A DNA stretch of 40,745 nucleotides from Paraglomus brasilianum (Eukaryota), in NCBI GenBank assembly GCA_910592345.1, contig CAJVPI010000232.1:1-40745 (forward strand), read 5' to 3'. Shown here piece after piece: positions 23,597 to 35,320 of this stretch (position 1 is the stretch's first letter; each line of letters opens with the position of its first letter). The position numbers were made by a program, and so were the translations under genes. The notes under the pieces are model-generated. The model ran no database searches, was not told where the DNA came from, and saw nothing but the letters and a program-made list of their open reading frames with translations.

Positions 23597-24373
23597 CGCA
23601 TCAAAGGAAAACAATGTTAGAATAGTTCTCACAGTTGTTATTAAAGAGAGCAGACATACCATATTTCAAGGCTGTTTGATGTTATGTGTTTGGGTTGGGT
23701 TGAATCGTGTTCGCAAAAAAATAACGCAAAAATTCGGTTTGTGATATCAGGTGATCACCTGTCACATTAGTAGATCATCCGCTAAGTCGATAGTTCGCGA
23801 TACGTTATACGAACAAGTCAACGAATTTATTACAAGTTCAACGTATTTTGTTTCTTCTTTTCAATGCTTTGCATGTAATGAGTCTTCTGAGATTATGTAA
23901 CTCCTTTATCTAATCTCTAAATTATCCTGTTGAACATACTGTATTTCACTACATTATCAAGTCCTACGATTGCACCATTGACAATCCACAGCTTCGTCGT
24001 AGATCAGCTACGATCATTGTAACGCGCAAAGTTAAAATTACTTTAAAACTCTAATTTTTTGTGCGCCACTTAAAGTAATTGCTTTGCTTTGCTTTGAAGC
24101 AGAATGTTTATGATCGTTCGATTCTTATGTTCGAATAAATTGTTATACCTCAGTTTGGGACCTGTCTCGAGTGTCTGGGTTCGGAACCGACAAACTCAGA
24201 CACATTTGGATTAGCATCTGTTATAGGCTTTATTGAGAGATTACCAATAATTCAAAAGATACATTTGATTGGTGATACTTTGTTCCGTCAAACATCTCCA
24301 TGTAGTCGAGGGTCCATTATATCGAGTTTCATGTAAGCGTGCACAGTGCATCAAGTGCGATACAATACTGTAC

Positions 24374-24517
24374 GGGTCCGTATTATTTCATCTCCAATCA
24401 TTTCACCGACAGTACATTTCACCGACAATTAACTACCAAAAAGGATAACTTCGAAATAATGTTGGTGAAGATTTGTCGGTGAAATGATTGTCGGTGTCGA
24501 CGAAATGATTGCCTCCC
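24374..24517. mobile_element. Mutator/foldback-like MITE, 144 bp, with a perfect 9-bp target-site duplication
   Basis: ATACTGTAC at 24365-24373 and at 24518-24526 flanks GGG...CCC termini. Internal inverted subterminal repeats CAATCATTTCACCGACA / TGTCGGTGAAATGATTG, with partial extra copies in each arm. Confidence 0.8.
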
Positions 24518-25554
24518 ATACTGTACAGCGATCAAGCATAGGAATAGCCCTATAATTGACTTGGTTAATAAGGCGAGCAGGCTATCTATTTTACTGGGCA
24601 AGTAAGCTTAAACGTCAGTAGATCATACGATTAAAGCAGTAAATATGTCATTAAATCATACGATTAAAAAAGTAGAATCAAAATACTAAAACGTAACATT
24701 TGTTGGCCAAGATTTTTTTTATAAATAAAAGTAGTTATTATCCCTCACTGTCTTTGCGACTTTGTCAACAAGAGCCAGTTAAGAAAAAAGCAAGCCGACT
24801 CTCTATTACGATATTACGATGTAAATCATATTAATAATAAAATTGCTTAATTAAATATCTTTCATCACGTGAGTCTCGATAACTCGGTAATACAAAAAAG
24901 TTAATCGGTACTAAGCGCTTAGACCATAATAATAACATGGACTCTAACTCGTGCTTCGTTTTCATAGTAACACCTAAATAATCGTGATAAAGTTCTAAAT
25001 TTTAAATAACTCGTGATATTTTGACTATACCTTTCTTATTGTTGATTATCCGCAATGACATCAATATGCAACAGGGCGAATATTAAGTATTGTCTTACCA
25101 AATCTAGTAAGAGAAATAATTGTTTTTGTAGTCCGGGCACACGCACCTGAGGAACATACAAGCTTTCTTAGAACAAGTTGTGACAACATCGGGATGTCAC
25201 AAATACATACTGAGTTGTATATCTTGGCATGGCGTTAGTTGATTCTAATAATTATCTTTTTCCAAAGGCAAGGCACAAAAACGTGTTTGTCGATATCACC
25301 TCACCTTATTCGACAGCGAACCAATAAGTTATTGTACCAACATGCTTTTCAGACAATAACTTGAGGTATATTAAATAGCTCACCTAACAACAGTTTGTGG
25401 AGAACATTGATTCTGAATAGCTTTGCAACAGCAGACGACCATTATTCTACCGATACCTCTTGAAAATATTTCATATTTGTCAAACACCTTTCACGCCCTG
25501 TTGATTAATATTTTATGTCGAAAACAGTCCCAACTATTAAAGCAGCTCTCGAGA

Positions 25555-27139
25555 ATGGGGACTACAATGCGTCGCTTCGTAACAACAACGGCTGTTTTTC
25601 TCTTGCTTTGCAACACGCTTATCTACTACAACACTAATGTTGAAGAAGCGAAAATAATGGATAGTCACAATACAGAAGTGAGTTCATAGAGAGAACGTAA
25701 AATCCATAGTTATATGAGTTATCGTCATTCAGCGATAGAAATATACATAGTTGCACAAAGCCTTTTACCTTTGAACAAACAACGATAAAAACCTTACCAT
25801 ATATATTGTATTCTTGAGTAACCGCAATTATCGACATCATTGGTTTAATTTTAATCTCGTATTAACAATTTAATTTATATCTTTCGCCAAGGAGAAATCA
25901 AATGACACACAATCGGCTTCCATCGAAGCTATAGTTTACGAAACAGAAGAAGAACAGATAAACCGTAAATACTGCGGTTCTCCTGTTTGCAAGTTTTTCT
26001 TCCCATTCACTGTAGGAGAGCAAGAATCCAGAGCAAGACTGCAGGTGCCAGGCATAATTAGCATGGCACAACAAACTAATCGAGTATTAGTTTTACCAAA
26101 CGTTGGAGATGCAAGACTAGGTGCATGCAAGCCTTTTACATTTGATTATTACTATTCTATCGAATCAATGCGGCAGTCTTCTCCAAACACTATATTTATT
26201 ACACAAGATCAATTTTTGCGGTGGAACCAAGAAATGAAGGCAATCAAAGCTAACAAGTTTACAGCAAAGATTATCAGATTAAGCGATAAGGCGCAGAAAG
26301 AGCACGTTGGACTCGATATTAAACTCAATATTGAACAATATAGACATAAGCAATGTTTAATGCCATTTGATCACTTGGAATATGAGAACACAGCACTAGA
26401 CATACATATCAGAAAGACAGGCAAGCATCAAGCTGCAATCACACAATTTGTCTTCAATACTCTTCGATCCGTTCAATCAGACGTCATGCTCATGCATTAT
26501 AGGGTTTACCGGTTCAATTGTAAACATCCGCCTGCTCCGCTTACATATGCTGAACGGTTGAAGAAACATGCAAAAGTTGCAGCAACTTTGCTTTATCCTT
26601 ACGTTGCAGTTCATTGGCGAATGGAGACGGCGGCGCCAAGTAAGCTGTTAAAATGCAGTCAAAATCTTGTAGCCTATATCAATCATATAAAGAAAAAGAC
26701 GGGTATTGTCAATGTTTACGTTGCTACTGATTATCCGATTGACGGCGGTCGCCAGCATTCAGGAACTTTTCGTAAAATTACCAGAGATCATCATAGAGCT
26801 GCAAACGTACTTAAGAGCAATATCGACTTTTCTACTTTGGAGCGCATTAATTCTTCCCTTCCTCTTCTCAACAACACGGAATTTTTATCGTTATCAAATA
26901 ATGCTATTAGGCATAGTGAATCAGGAATACCAGGAATTCTGGATAAGTTAATACTGATGTATTCTAATTGGTTTGTCAGTGGTCCAGAAAAGTGTTGTAG
27001 AATAAGCAGTTCTTATACAGCACAGGTGTTGAAAGAAAGAGCTGCAATTATAGATAATCAGAAGGAATTTGAAGAGGAAACTGTAAACAGCGTCTTGTTA
27101 AATGTGGGGGATAGATGGGAGCGACCAAAATGGCCATGA
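25555..27139 (+). CDS. O-fucosyltransferase-like (GT-B fold) type II membrane glycosyltransferase, paralog 1, about 456 aa
   Basis: Exon 1 25555-25677 (signal anchor), phase-0 intron GTGAGT..AAG, exon 2 25892-27139 (a tandem acceptor may shift it by 3 nt). Motifs YCGSPVCKF, EQES, RVLVLPNV, YVAVHWRME, VYVATDYP, GILDKLI, SSYT. Confidence 0.8.
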
Positions 27140-28186
27140 GAAACATTGTTGACTAAATCAGATTTAATAGTTCGCTAAAGATTGCATAATTTTTTTTATC
27201 TCTCTTTTTTTTTTTTTTTTTTTTTTATGTGCGCATTAAAACCAAACTGTGTATTATTCTTATAAAAATCCTGGCTAGCATTATCGATATTGAAAGCCAT
27301 GACTGTAAAGTAGTAAGAAGGATAGGAATGGTGTACAAAAATAGTCTATGCTTAAGCTCTATGCTTAAGCTATTATACGAGCCAGTACAACAGTAAAAGA
27401 GTAGAGTTAGCATATACTGTATCTATTATAATGACATACGTCGTTTGAATTTTGTCAAATTTATTACAGTATGTCAATATCGAATATTATTATCGAAAAA
27501 TGTTAGCTTGCTAATTAGTGCAAGAGAAATATAGTTATTTACCGGGACACTCGGCAAGTCGAAGACATATATAAACTCTCGGACCGAAATTTGTTACAAG
27601 TTCTGTAGCAGATTATCCAATAACTTTTCTTCATCTTTGTCATTATTTCATTTAAAACATTTCTTGTTTACCCGCGGTTATCCCATTCGAAAAAAATGCT
27701 CTTGTAATTGGAAATATGTACAGAATGAAGATCAAACATGAACATTCATTTCTGAAGGACAAGTGGTAAAGAAGCAAACAGGGGTGACCCCTCGGAACTT
27801 GGATATTTCCGATTTTCCGAATTTGGAACAAAATCGTCAATCAGTTTGCGACAATGCAGGGCGAAAGAGTCTTTTGAAACGAAGTTTAATCAGGTGACTC
27901 TTCACTATTACTAGAAACTTATTATTCATGGACATATCGCTCTCAAGCTAAAATGTGATTGGTAGACCTAATAAAAGATTCTTCGCTGTACGACATATAT
28001 GTTTGAATTGGCGACTCGTATTTATACTGTACATCCGTATGTAATCAGCATTCGCACTTAGAAACTATTAGTCATCCTGATACTATTTGGCTATTTATTC
28101 ACTTAAATACGCTTTATCGAAGAGCACTCTCAAGTTTTAAAATTTTCCATAGCTATTATTCAAATACCAATCTAATCGTTTCAGAT

Positions 28187-29740
28187 ATGGCAGAAGCCAA
28201 TGCTGTTGTATATAACAGTTCGCTTAATATTAAGAATTCTCGAAAAACGGTCCTTGATAAATTGAAAATACGCTACTGCTTTGTAGTAACTCTATGCCTT
28301 CTGCTTTGCAATTATATCAACAACGTAATTAATATTGAACTCTCAAATAATATTGGTGCTGAAGTAAGTTGTCAAATCCTAGTTATTACAAAATTTATAG
28401 TGCAAACTCTAATTTTTTTGAAAACGGATCTATACGTCAACTAAGAGTTTTTTTTTGTTTGTTTGTTTGTTTAGTTTCAAACAAAACCAAACGACAAACA
28501 AGAAATTATAGAGTACAAAGAACCTACCAAAACAAAAGAACAAATAAATCGTAAATACTGTGGGACTCCCGTCTGTAAATTTATATTCCCGGTTCTTATA
28601 AAAGAGCAAGAGTCCAAAGCAAGACAGCACATGAGAGACATTATTACTATGGCACAACAAATTGATCGAGTAGTAGTTTTACCAAACGTTGGCGATTCAA
28701 GACTAGGGGCATGCAGATCTTTTACGTTTGATTTCTATTATTCCATCGAATCGATTCGGCAGTCTTCTCCAAACATTACATTTATTACACAAGATCAATT
28801 TTTGCTGTGGAACCAAGAGATGAAGGCGGTTAGAGCTGAAATGCCCACTGCATATATTGTCAAGTCGTCTATGAAAAATGATATTCAGATGCCCAAATTT
28901 GAATCCAAGTTGCTTAAATTTAAAACGTACCGACGAAAGTTTTGCCTACAATCGTTTGACTATCTAAAGTACGATGACAGACAAGGGCAAGTTCTTGAAC
29001 ACAGTATAAGGATGCCAAGTACGCCACTGGAGCAGCAAGCTAAAACTGAAATTTCTCAGGCTGTAATTAACGCTCTTCAGTCTGTCAAGTCGGAAGTTAT
29101 GCTAATGTGTTATCGCTCCTGGATACTTGATATTCCACACCAGCCAGCACCGCTTGTATATGCCGATCACTTAATAGAGCGAGCCAAAGCAGCAGCAACA
29201 TTGCTATACCCTTACATTGCAATTCATTGGCGGATGGAAACGGCAATGCCAGATAAACTTTTTCGATGCAGTCGAAATCTTGTGGATTATATTCATGATA
29301 TAAAAGCAAAGACAGGAATTGACAACGTTTACATTTCTACTGATTATCCAATCGATGGGCGTCCGCATTCAGGAACTTTTTCTGAACTTACTAAAGAACA
29401 TCATAGAGCGGCAGACCTACTTGAAAACAATTTAAATCTTTACACTTGGGCGCGCATAAATTCTTCATTGCCTTTCCTTAACAATACGAAACTTTTATCA
29501 TATGGGAATAATTCTGACGTTAATGAACAAGGAGCATTTGCAATTACAGAAAAGTTGATATTGGTGTATGCCAATTGGTTTGTCAGTGGACCGCGCAAAT
29601 GTTGTAGATTTGGAAGCTCTTATACTGGTCAAGTTGTAAGAGAAAGAGCTAAGGTTATTAAAAGTCAGACTAATATGGATGGTAATAATGCGTTATGGAA
29701 TTTGAGAGATTGGTGGACAGAAATCCGGCAAGCACACTAG
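28187..29740 (+). CDS. O-fucosyltransferase-like glycosyltransferase, paralog 2, about 480 aa
   Basis: Exon 1 28187-28363, intron GTAAGT..TTAG, exon 2 28475-29740. Same architecture and motifs as paralog 1 (EQESKA, LPNV, HWRME, STDYP, HSGTF, SSYT). Confidence 0.82.
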
Positions 29741-30707
29741 TCACATTAGTAATTACGTCATGGACATTAAAAAATCCGACTTTAATTGTTAATACAGTCA
29801 ACACTGTTTATACCGGTGCGATGTATATTAATTATAATATACCGGAATTTCTGCGGACTGATTCTTGTGCACTATAGTTTCACTGTAGATAATTTCAGGT
29901 GATTAGAGTTTATAAAAGTTTAATACATTGTCGACTTTGTTTAATACTGTGTATTCTTAAGTCATAGTGTGCTTGGGCTATTCAATGCCATACAGTTACT
30001 TGTAGAAAGTGCATTAATATTCTCAGAACGCCCAGCTTATGATAAAAGATGACCCTTTGATCAATAGATTGTTTATTGATAGGTGGCATTTGCTTGCAAC
30101 TACGTTCCTAGTTAAACTTTAATGACGTTGTTTATTTCTTCATTCTACTCTCAACTGCTCCGGCAATAAAATATTTAGAACTTCTGTTCATTCCATATTA
30201 GCTTCATTGTAACAAATATTCGTTCTCCATAGCATTGTGAGTTTCAGTCCATTATTGCTGTTACCTACGCCATTGATAAGTTTGCAATTTTATTCATTTA
30301 TTTATATGAGCAAATAATTATATAAAGTATCTATGCTTAGAGGGATAGTTGTATTAGCAAAGGCTAAACAATGAGTCAGTGTCGACATCATAATCACAAG
30401 TATTTAGGCTAAGCCCTGTGGTAACTTTTGGTTAATATCAGCTATACTGCACTATAATTGAATCATTTATAAAGTAAAAGTAATATTAATCTTGTATTCT
30501 CACATTTATTTTGCTTGAATGTATTTGAATCTTATCTTAAATAAATTTACTAGGCATAGTAATAGTGGCTACCTTTGATAAATCTATACAATTAACTGTT
30601 ACTTATTATAATGTTTCTTTTACTTTATGTTTATAGTATGCATTCAACATATATTCACAATATCCTGTAATATTATTACTATTATTATATACATATTCAC
30701 TCTTATA

Positions 30708-32282
30708 TTAAGAAATTTTTAAATCTTGAAAACAATTTTTTATCTCAATAAAAAAACTCAATTTGTCATTGAAACTAATATCTCTTAAATCAATTTTTGT
30801 ATATTCTAGTAATGAATCAATGTAAGTATTATCATACAAATTAATGCTAAGAGTGAAAAATTCAAGATTTTCTGTATAGTTAGATAAAAACGTGGTCAAA
30901 ATTTCCAAAGACAGTTGATAATTAATTCCCACTTTGAGACATTTTACTGATAGTGGTAGATTAATACCAAGTGCCAACAATATTCTTACTGGTATTTCAT
31001 CATCTTGGTGAGAAGAATGAATTTTGCAAATAAAGACAGACAAGTCTTTCAAGTGTCTCCATAATGGAAGAACAGTTTGCATAAATGTAATAGAATTCTG
31101 TAGATATACATCAACTTCCAGACTGACAAGTTTGGGTGTATTCATTGCACAAGCTTTCCATGTTTCAGCATAATATTTCTGGTCCATGTCACATACTTGT
31201 CTTATAGACAGTGTTGTTAAACTTTCCTTCAAATTTCCTAATATAGCATTAAATCCATAACGATTAATTTTTACATCACATAATTTAAGAGTATGAAGGT
31301 GAGAGAATGCGTTTGATGGTAGCTGCAAAGGATATGGTGGATATAAACTACAACACTTTAGCTTGATATAACAAAGATTTGTAAAATGACCAAGGAGAGC
31401 AAGTATGTCAAATGATGACAGACATGTAATTTTGACTTTTTTGAGATAGTTCTTTTGGGCATATAAAGCTTGCCAGACTGGTTTTGAACTGATTCCATGA
31501 CTTTGAAAATCAAGAGATAGCGATACAGCTTCTAATTTTTCTTGCTGGCATATAAGTTTACTGATTGCGTCACACCAACGATTAGCATCTGCCAATGTGG
31601 TACAATCTGACCCATCGATTTTGAAAAAATCAAGCTTTTTTAGTTTTTCTGCGGCGCTATTTAAAATGTCCGGGCGAAACATTTGCCCAAATTCAAATCG
31701 CCTTAATTGATTAAAATTTGTGCGTTCCGTAGTGAAAATGTTCCAGATTTCATGAGGCCATTCATGGAGAGAATAGCTTATATCATAAGTAGTGTCGCTC
31801 GCTTCGTCATATTCTTCGTCATAATCGAGCTGGGTCATATCTATTTCTGATAGCGACGGGCAGTGTTTGACTATCTCTCTGCATAGTCTTAGAAGCAGCA
31901 AATGTCCACATTCCTCTAGTTCCGTTTTACCGAGATAACGTACTACTGCGGTCAAGCAGTATTGCATTTTCATTGTTCTGACAAAGCTCAAATAGTCGAA
32001 AAATGGATGCATATTTTGCGGTGGTATGTCGACTCCTAGTGAACCTGTCAACTCATCGAGAGTTTTTTTCGGTAGCAGTGCCAAGAATTTGCCGAGCATT
32101 CTCTTTGATTTGGATCCACTCCAATAGAAAGGTGTCTTCCATAAATAAACAATAGCGCATCGGCACCAAATGCGATTAACAAAGAGACAGGAGTAAAGGT
32201 CTCTGCTGCTCTCAGACAATTCATAAACTATTTGTGCAACACAGAGGATAGGTAAGTTTGCCGCTTTGTCGCTAGTCGTCAT
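30708..32282 (-). CDS. F-box-like / leucine-rich-repeat (RNI-like) protein, 524 aa
   Basis: N-terminal LPILCVAQIVYEL...LYSCLFVNRIWCRCAIVYLWKTPF and PFFDYLSFVR, typical of the expanded Glomeromycota F-box-like family, followed by LxxLxL repeats. Confidence 0.85.
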   Translation of the reverse strand: MTTSDKAANLPILCVAQIVYELSESSRDLYSCLFVNRIWCRCAIVYLWKTPFYWSGSKSKRMLGKFLALLPKKTLDELTGSLGVDIPPQNMHPFFDYLSFVRTMKMQYCLTAVVRYLGKTELEECGHLLLLRLCREIVKHCPSLSEIDMTQLDYDEEYDEASDTTYDISYSLHEWPHEIWNIFTTERTNFNQLRRFEFGQMFRPDILNSAAEKLKKLDFFKIDGSDCTTLADANRWCDAISKLICQQEKLEAVSLSLDFQSHGISSKPVWQALYAQKNYLKKVKITCLSSFDILALLGHFTNLCYIKLKCCSLYPPYPLQLPSNAFSHLHTLKLCDVKINRYGFNAILGNLKESLTTLSIRQVCDMDQKYYAETWKACAMNTPKLVSLEVDVYLQNSITFMQTVLPLWRHLKDLSVFICKIHSSHQDDEIPVRILLALGINLPLSVKCLKVGINYQLSLEILTTFLSNYTENLEFFTLSINLYDNTYIDSLLEYTKIDLRDISFNDKLSFFIEIKNCFQDLKIS

Positions 32283-33289
32283 TTTCGATGCAATGAATCG
32301 GTTACGTAGTCAAGTGTTTAGACAAGGACGGATGTGCGGAAGTGCTGCTAAAATATATATCCTTTGGTCACACACAACACCAACTTCTGTCGATCAGTAT
32401 TCGCTAGCCAGCTACATACTTAAAGTAGTAATTATATTGACAACAACTCGAACATCTGATACGTTTATTCTATTTATATATGTACGGTTTTCTACTATCC
32501 GACGGTACTTACAAGTGTGTGTTCTCTTTTCTAAAACTCTATCCAAAATTTTATTTCATTGGCGCTAATACAGATGTCATTCACCTATACTTTGCTATCT
32601 ATTGGTCAGGGGTGAACACGAGTTTCATCAACGTGGTACAAACCAGGTTTTATAAATGGTGTGATTAATATTAAGGGGGTTTACTATCTGTCACTGCTGC
32701 ACGCATAGTTGAAACTCCTTTGATAACGTAGACTTGACTTGATTCCTAGGACTTGCATATAAATATCCTATTGTCTCACATCGAAACTTTTCTTTTTTCA
32801 ATACTACGACTTGTACACATTAGCGAACAAGTAGAGAACGACCTGTGTCGTTATCGACTTTCATGTGCTCGTTCTAAAGCGGATAGTGACATTCACGTGT
32901 TCGTCTGACGCACATATAATTTAAGTTACATTTTCTGTATAATATATTCGGTTAACGATCGGCTATGACGCATCTATCGTCATGCATGCCCATTGTTGCT
33001 GTTTGACAGTTATCGTTATTAGTTAAGCGAATCCCTTGATAAGCCCCCTAATGTAATGAACACTGCGCCTCCAATGTTAATAAACTTTATTTTAGTCGGT
33101 GATTGAGTTCAACAATATCGACTAGTGGAAAAGCAGAGTCGCAACGGTGTGTTATGGTTTTATATTTAGTTGCTTGTGTCGGACTTGTTGTTCCGACCGA
33201 CGTAATAGTAATCTCTATTTCGGTAAGGTGATTTTCCATCAGCATATTATCTTGAGACAAGTACAACATACTTTGTGTCACATGTCAGT

Positions 33290-33830
33290 AGTCCATTTCA
33301 TTGTACAGTACATGCGAACGAAAGTTAAAGAGCATTAACAAGCCAAGCTTATCCTGTTTATGTCAACCGCATATAGTGTTTTATATTTTGACAAATACTT
33401 CTCTATCCCCGTTATCTGTCAATAAGCAAGCTGTCAGATCATGCCCAAGAGAAATACTACAATACGTCCAGGATAATAAGACTGCTACACTACAATGTTT
33501 TGAGAATGCATTGAATTTAGGAATGCATTAGATAGTTGAGAACTACAGTCGTGTATTAAATCGACAAGTCGGTTGAAGATGAAGATGGAACACTTGTAAT
33601 AGTAGCTTCCTTGTTCATTGCTCACAATCACGATATTACCAGTTGCAAGCAGATTATGTGCATGTATCAGATATGACAAAGTGCACACTACACGTATAGC
33701 TATACACATATAGCTAGATATGGTTCTCAACATTAAACCATCTGGCTTACTATATATTAGATGGCAAGTCTATGCAATGTATTGTCGAGCCAACTGCCGC
33801 GGGAGAGCGTTCAGTAATTGGCCTTGGGAT
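33290..33830 (-). pseudogene. Possible decayed LRR/F-box-like gene remnant
   Basis: Broken minus-strand peptides LLNALPRQLARQYI, FNRLVDLIHDCSSQLSNAFL and LTDNGIEKYLSKYKTLYAVDIN have LRR-like periodicity. Several stops. Weak by-eye similarity only. Confidence 0.25.
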
Positions 33831-35221
33831 TTAGCTTTTTCAATCGGACCTCTCTAATCAAACCTGCTTAAATTGTTATTACAGTTAGTGTTAGTGGCTG
33901 GCCTTATTTCTGGCTTTAAATATACCACAATTCCCCAAATTAATCGATAGGCATAACGCATTACTATGCTGATTACCCACCCAAATCGGTAGGATAAGGG
34001 TTGATTCCGATAGTCCGTAGAATACAAAGGAGATTGTAATACACCAAAAGAAACGCTTTTATTAGTAATGAATTAACAATTGTATTTGCCAATTATGAGA
34101 ATTGATGGACAAGATCAGTTCTTCCCAGCAATTCCGGAATCCAACTACAAGCTGAAGATGAAAACTGTTTGCGCTTATATACTGTCCTATCGTTCCACTA
34201 ATACTAACTAACTATCTAATTATAAATCTATATATTAATATATTAATATGCTAACCATTAATTAATTTACAGTGAGTAGCATGGGGGTTTGTCGTTGTCG
34301 TGTGATTTTCCCCTGGCAGATTGATTATGCAAACCGTCACTCCATAAATCCAAATGTAGGAAAGCGTCATCTATTTCAGATGCATGAGGAATACGTCACT
34401 ATCATGGCGCACGGCTATATTTGGGAGGTATTAGTATTGTTATCACATACAAGGTTAGCTCTGCTAAATTATTTTGACTTTAAACGTAAAGACTTCCTCA
34501 ATACGCAATGACCAAACTTTCGAGTGATTCAGTAAGATTCACCTAGACAATGATTAATAGGAAATACTAATATTTTCTTCTATATTAACTTTTTTGTTTG
34601 TACTTTCAAAACAGAGTACGACTGGTTCCATTACCAAGGCAGAGCTCTCTTATTTCAAAACTCTAGTATTTAATGTATGTATGTTTTTAACTATGAAAAA
34701 TAATCAGATATCTTGCCGAAAAGAACAGAGAAATCTCGTACAAGTAAATTGACGAGAAAAGCAGCAGTGGAGCATGTGGATAATGTACAAGGTTATAAAC
34801 TCGAACCATTAAATAGTTGTCGACTGTGTAGATTTATGTCTTGCAAATTTATTTTTGTACTTTTGTTTATTACTATTGGATTGCGCAATATTTAATTCCT
34901 TATATTATTGCATGGGGACAACATAAGAATTTGAAAGGCGAAGTAATGGAATGTTACACTTGGCGGCACAAAATTTGAAATAGGAAAAAAATGTTGCTCT
35001 GAAAGCAAAACAGTTTTCGTAATTCTATGTTGCAAGGTCCACAAAAAGAATTAGTCGAAACGGGTTCCCACGCTAAAAGTAGAAACATTTCAAAGAAAAT
35101 GCATTCGTATGGTTCAGAAATCGTTGCACACGGTTACTCCGAAAATGAAAGTAACAAAACAAATAGATCATTGTCTACACAAAAGCGTCGTCTGCGTAAC
35201 GTCAAGGTCTGACCACGATAC

Positions 35222-35228
35222 TATAAAT
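35222..35228 (+). promoter_or_regulatory. Candidate TATA box of the VWA gene
   Basis: TATAAAT about 95 nt upstream of ATG 35321, followed by a pyrimidine-rich leader. Confidence 0.4.
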
Positions 35229-35320
35229 GTTCTCGAGTCGTTGATATCTTAGTTATTTTACCTTTCAATTAATTACAGAGAACACTCTTTTACTAAACCG
35301 ACAATACCGCAATCGAAAGA

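Noticed and set aside
24374..24517. CRISPR-like short repeats
   Set aside because: Repeats are inverted between arms, lack regular unique spacers, have a TSD and sit in eukaryotic DNA with no cas genes.
29718..29853. Inverted repeat CAGAAATCCGG / CCGGAATTTCTG at the end of fucosyltransferase 2
   Set aside because: Short, gapped, one arm is coding, no TSD; compatible with chance.
35027..35212. Upstream ORF as a missing first VWA exon
   Set aside because: Encodes no hydrophobic strand plus DxSxS, lies upstream of the TATA-like box, and I found no convincing donor/acceptor pair linking it.
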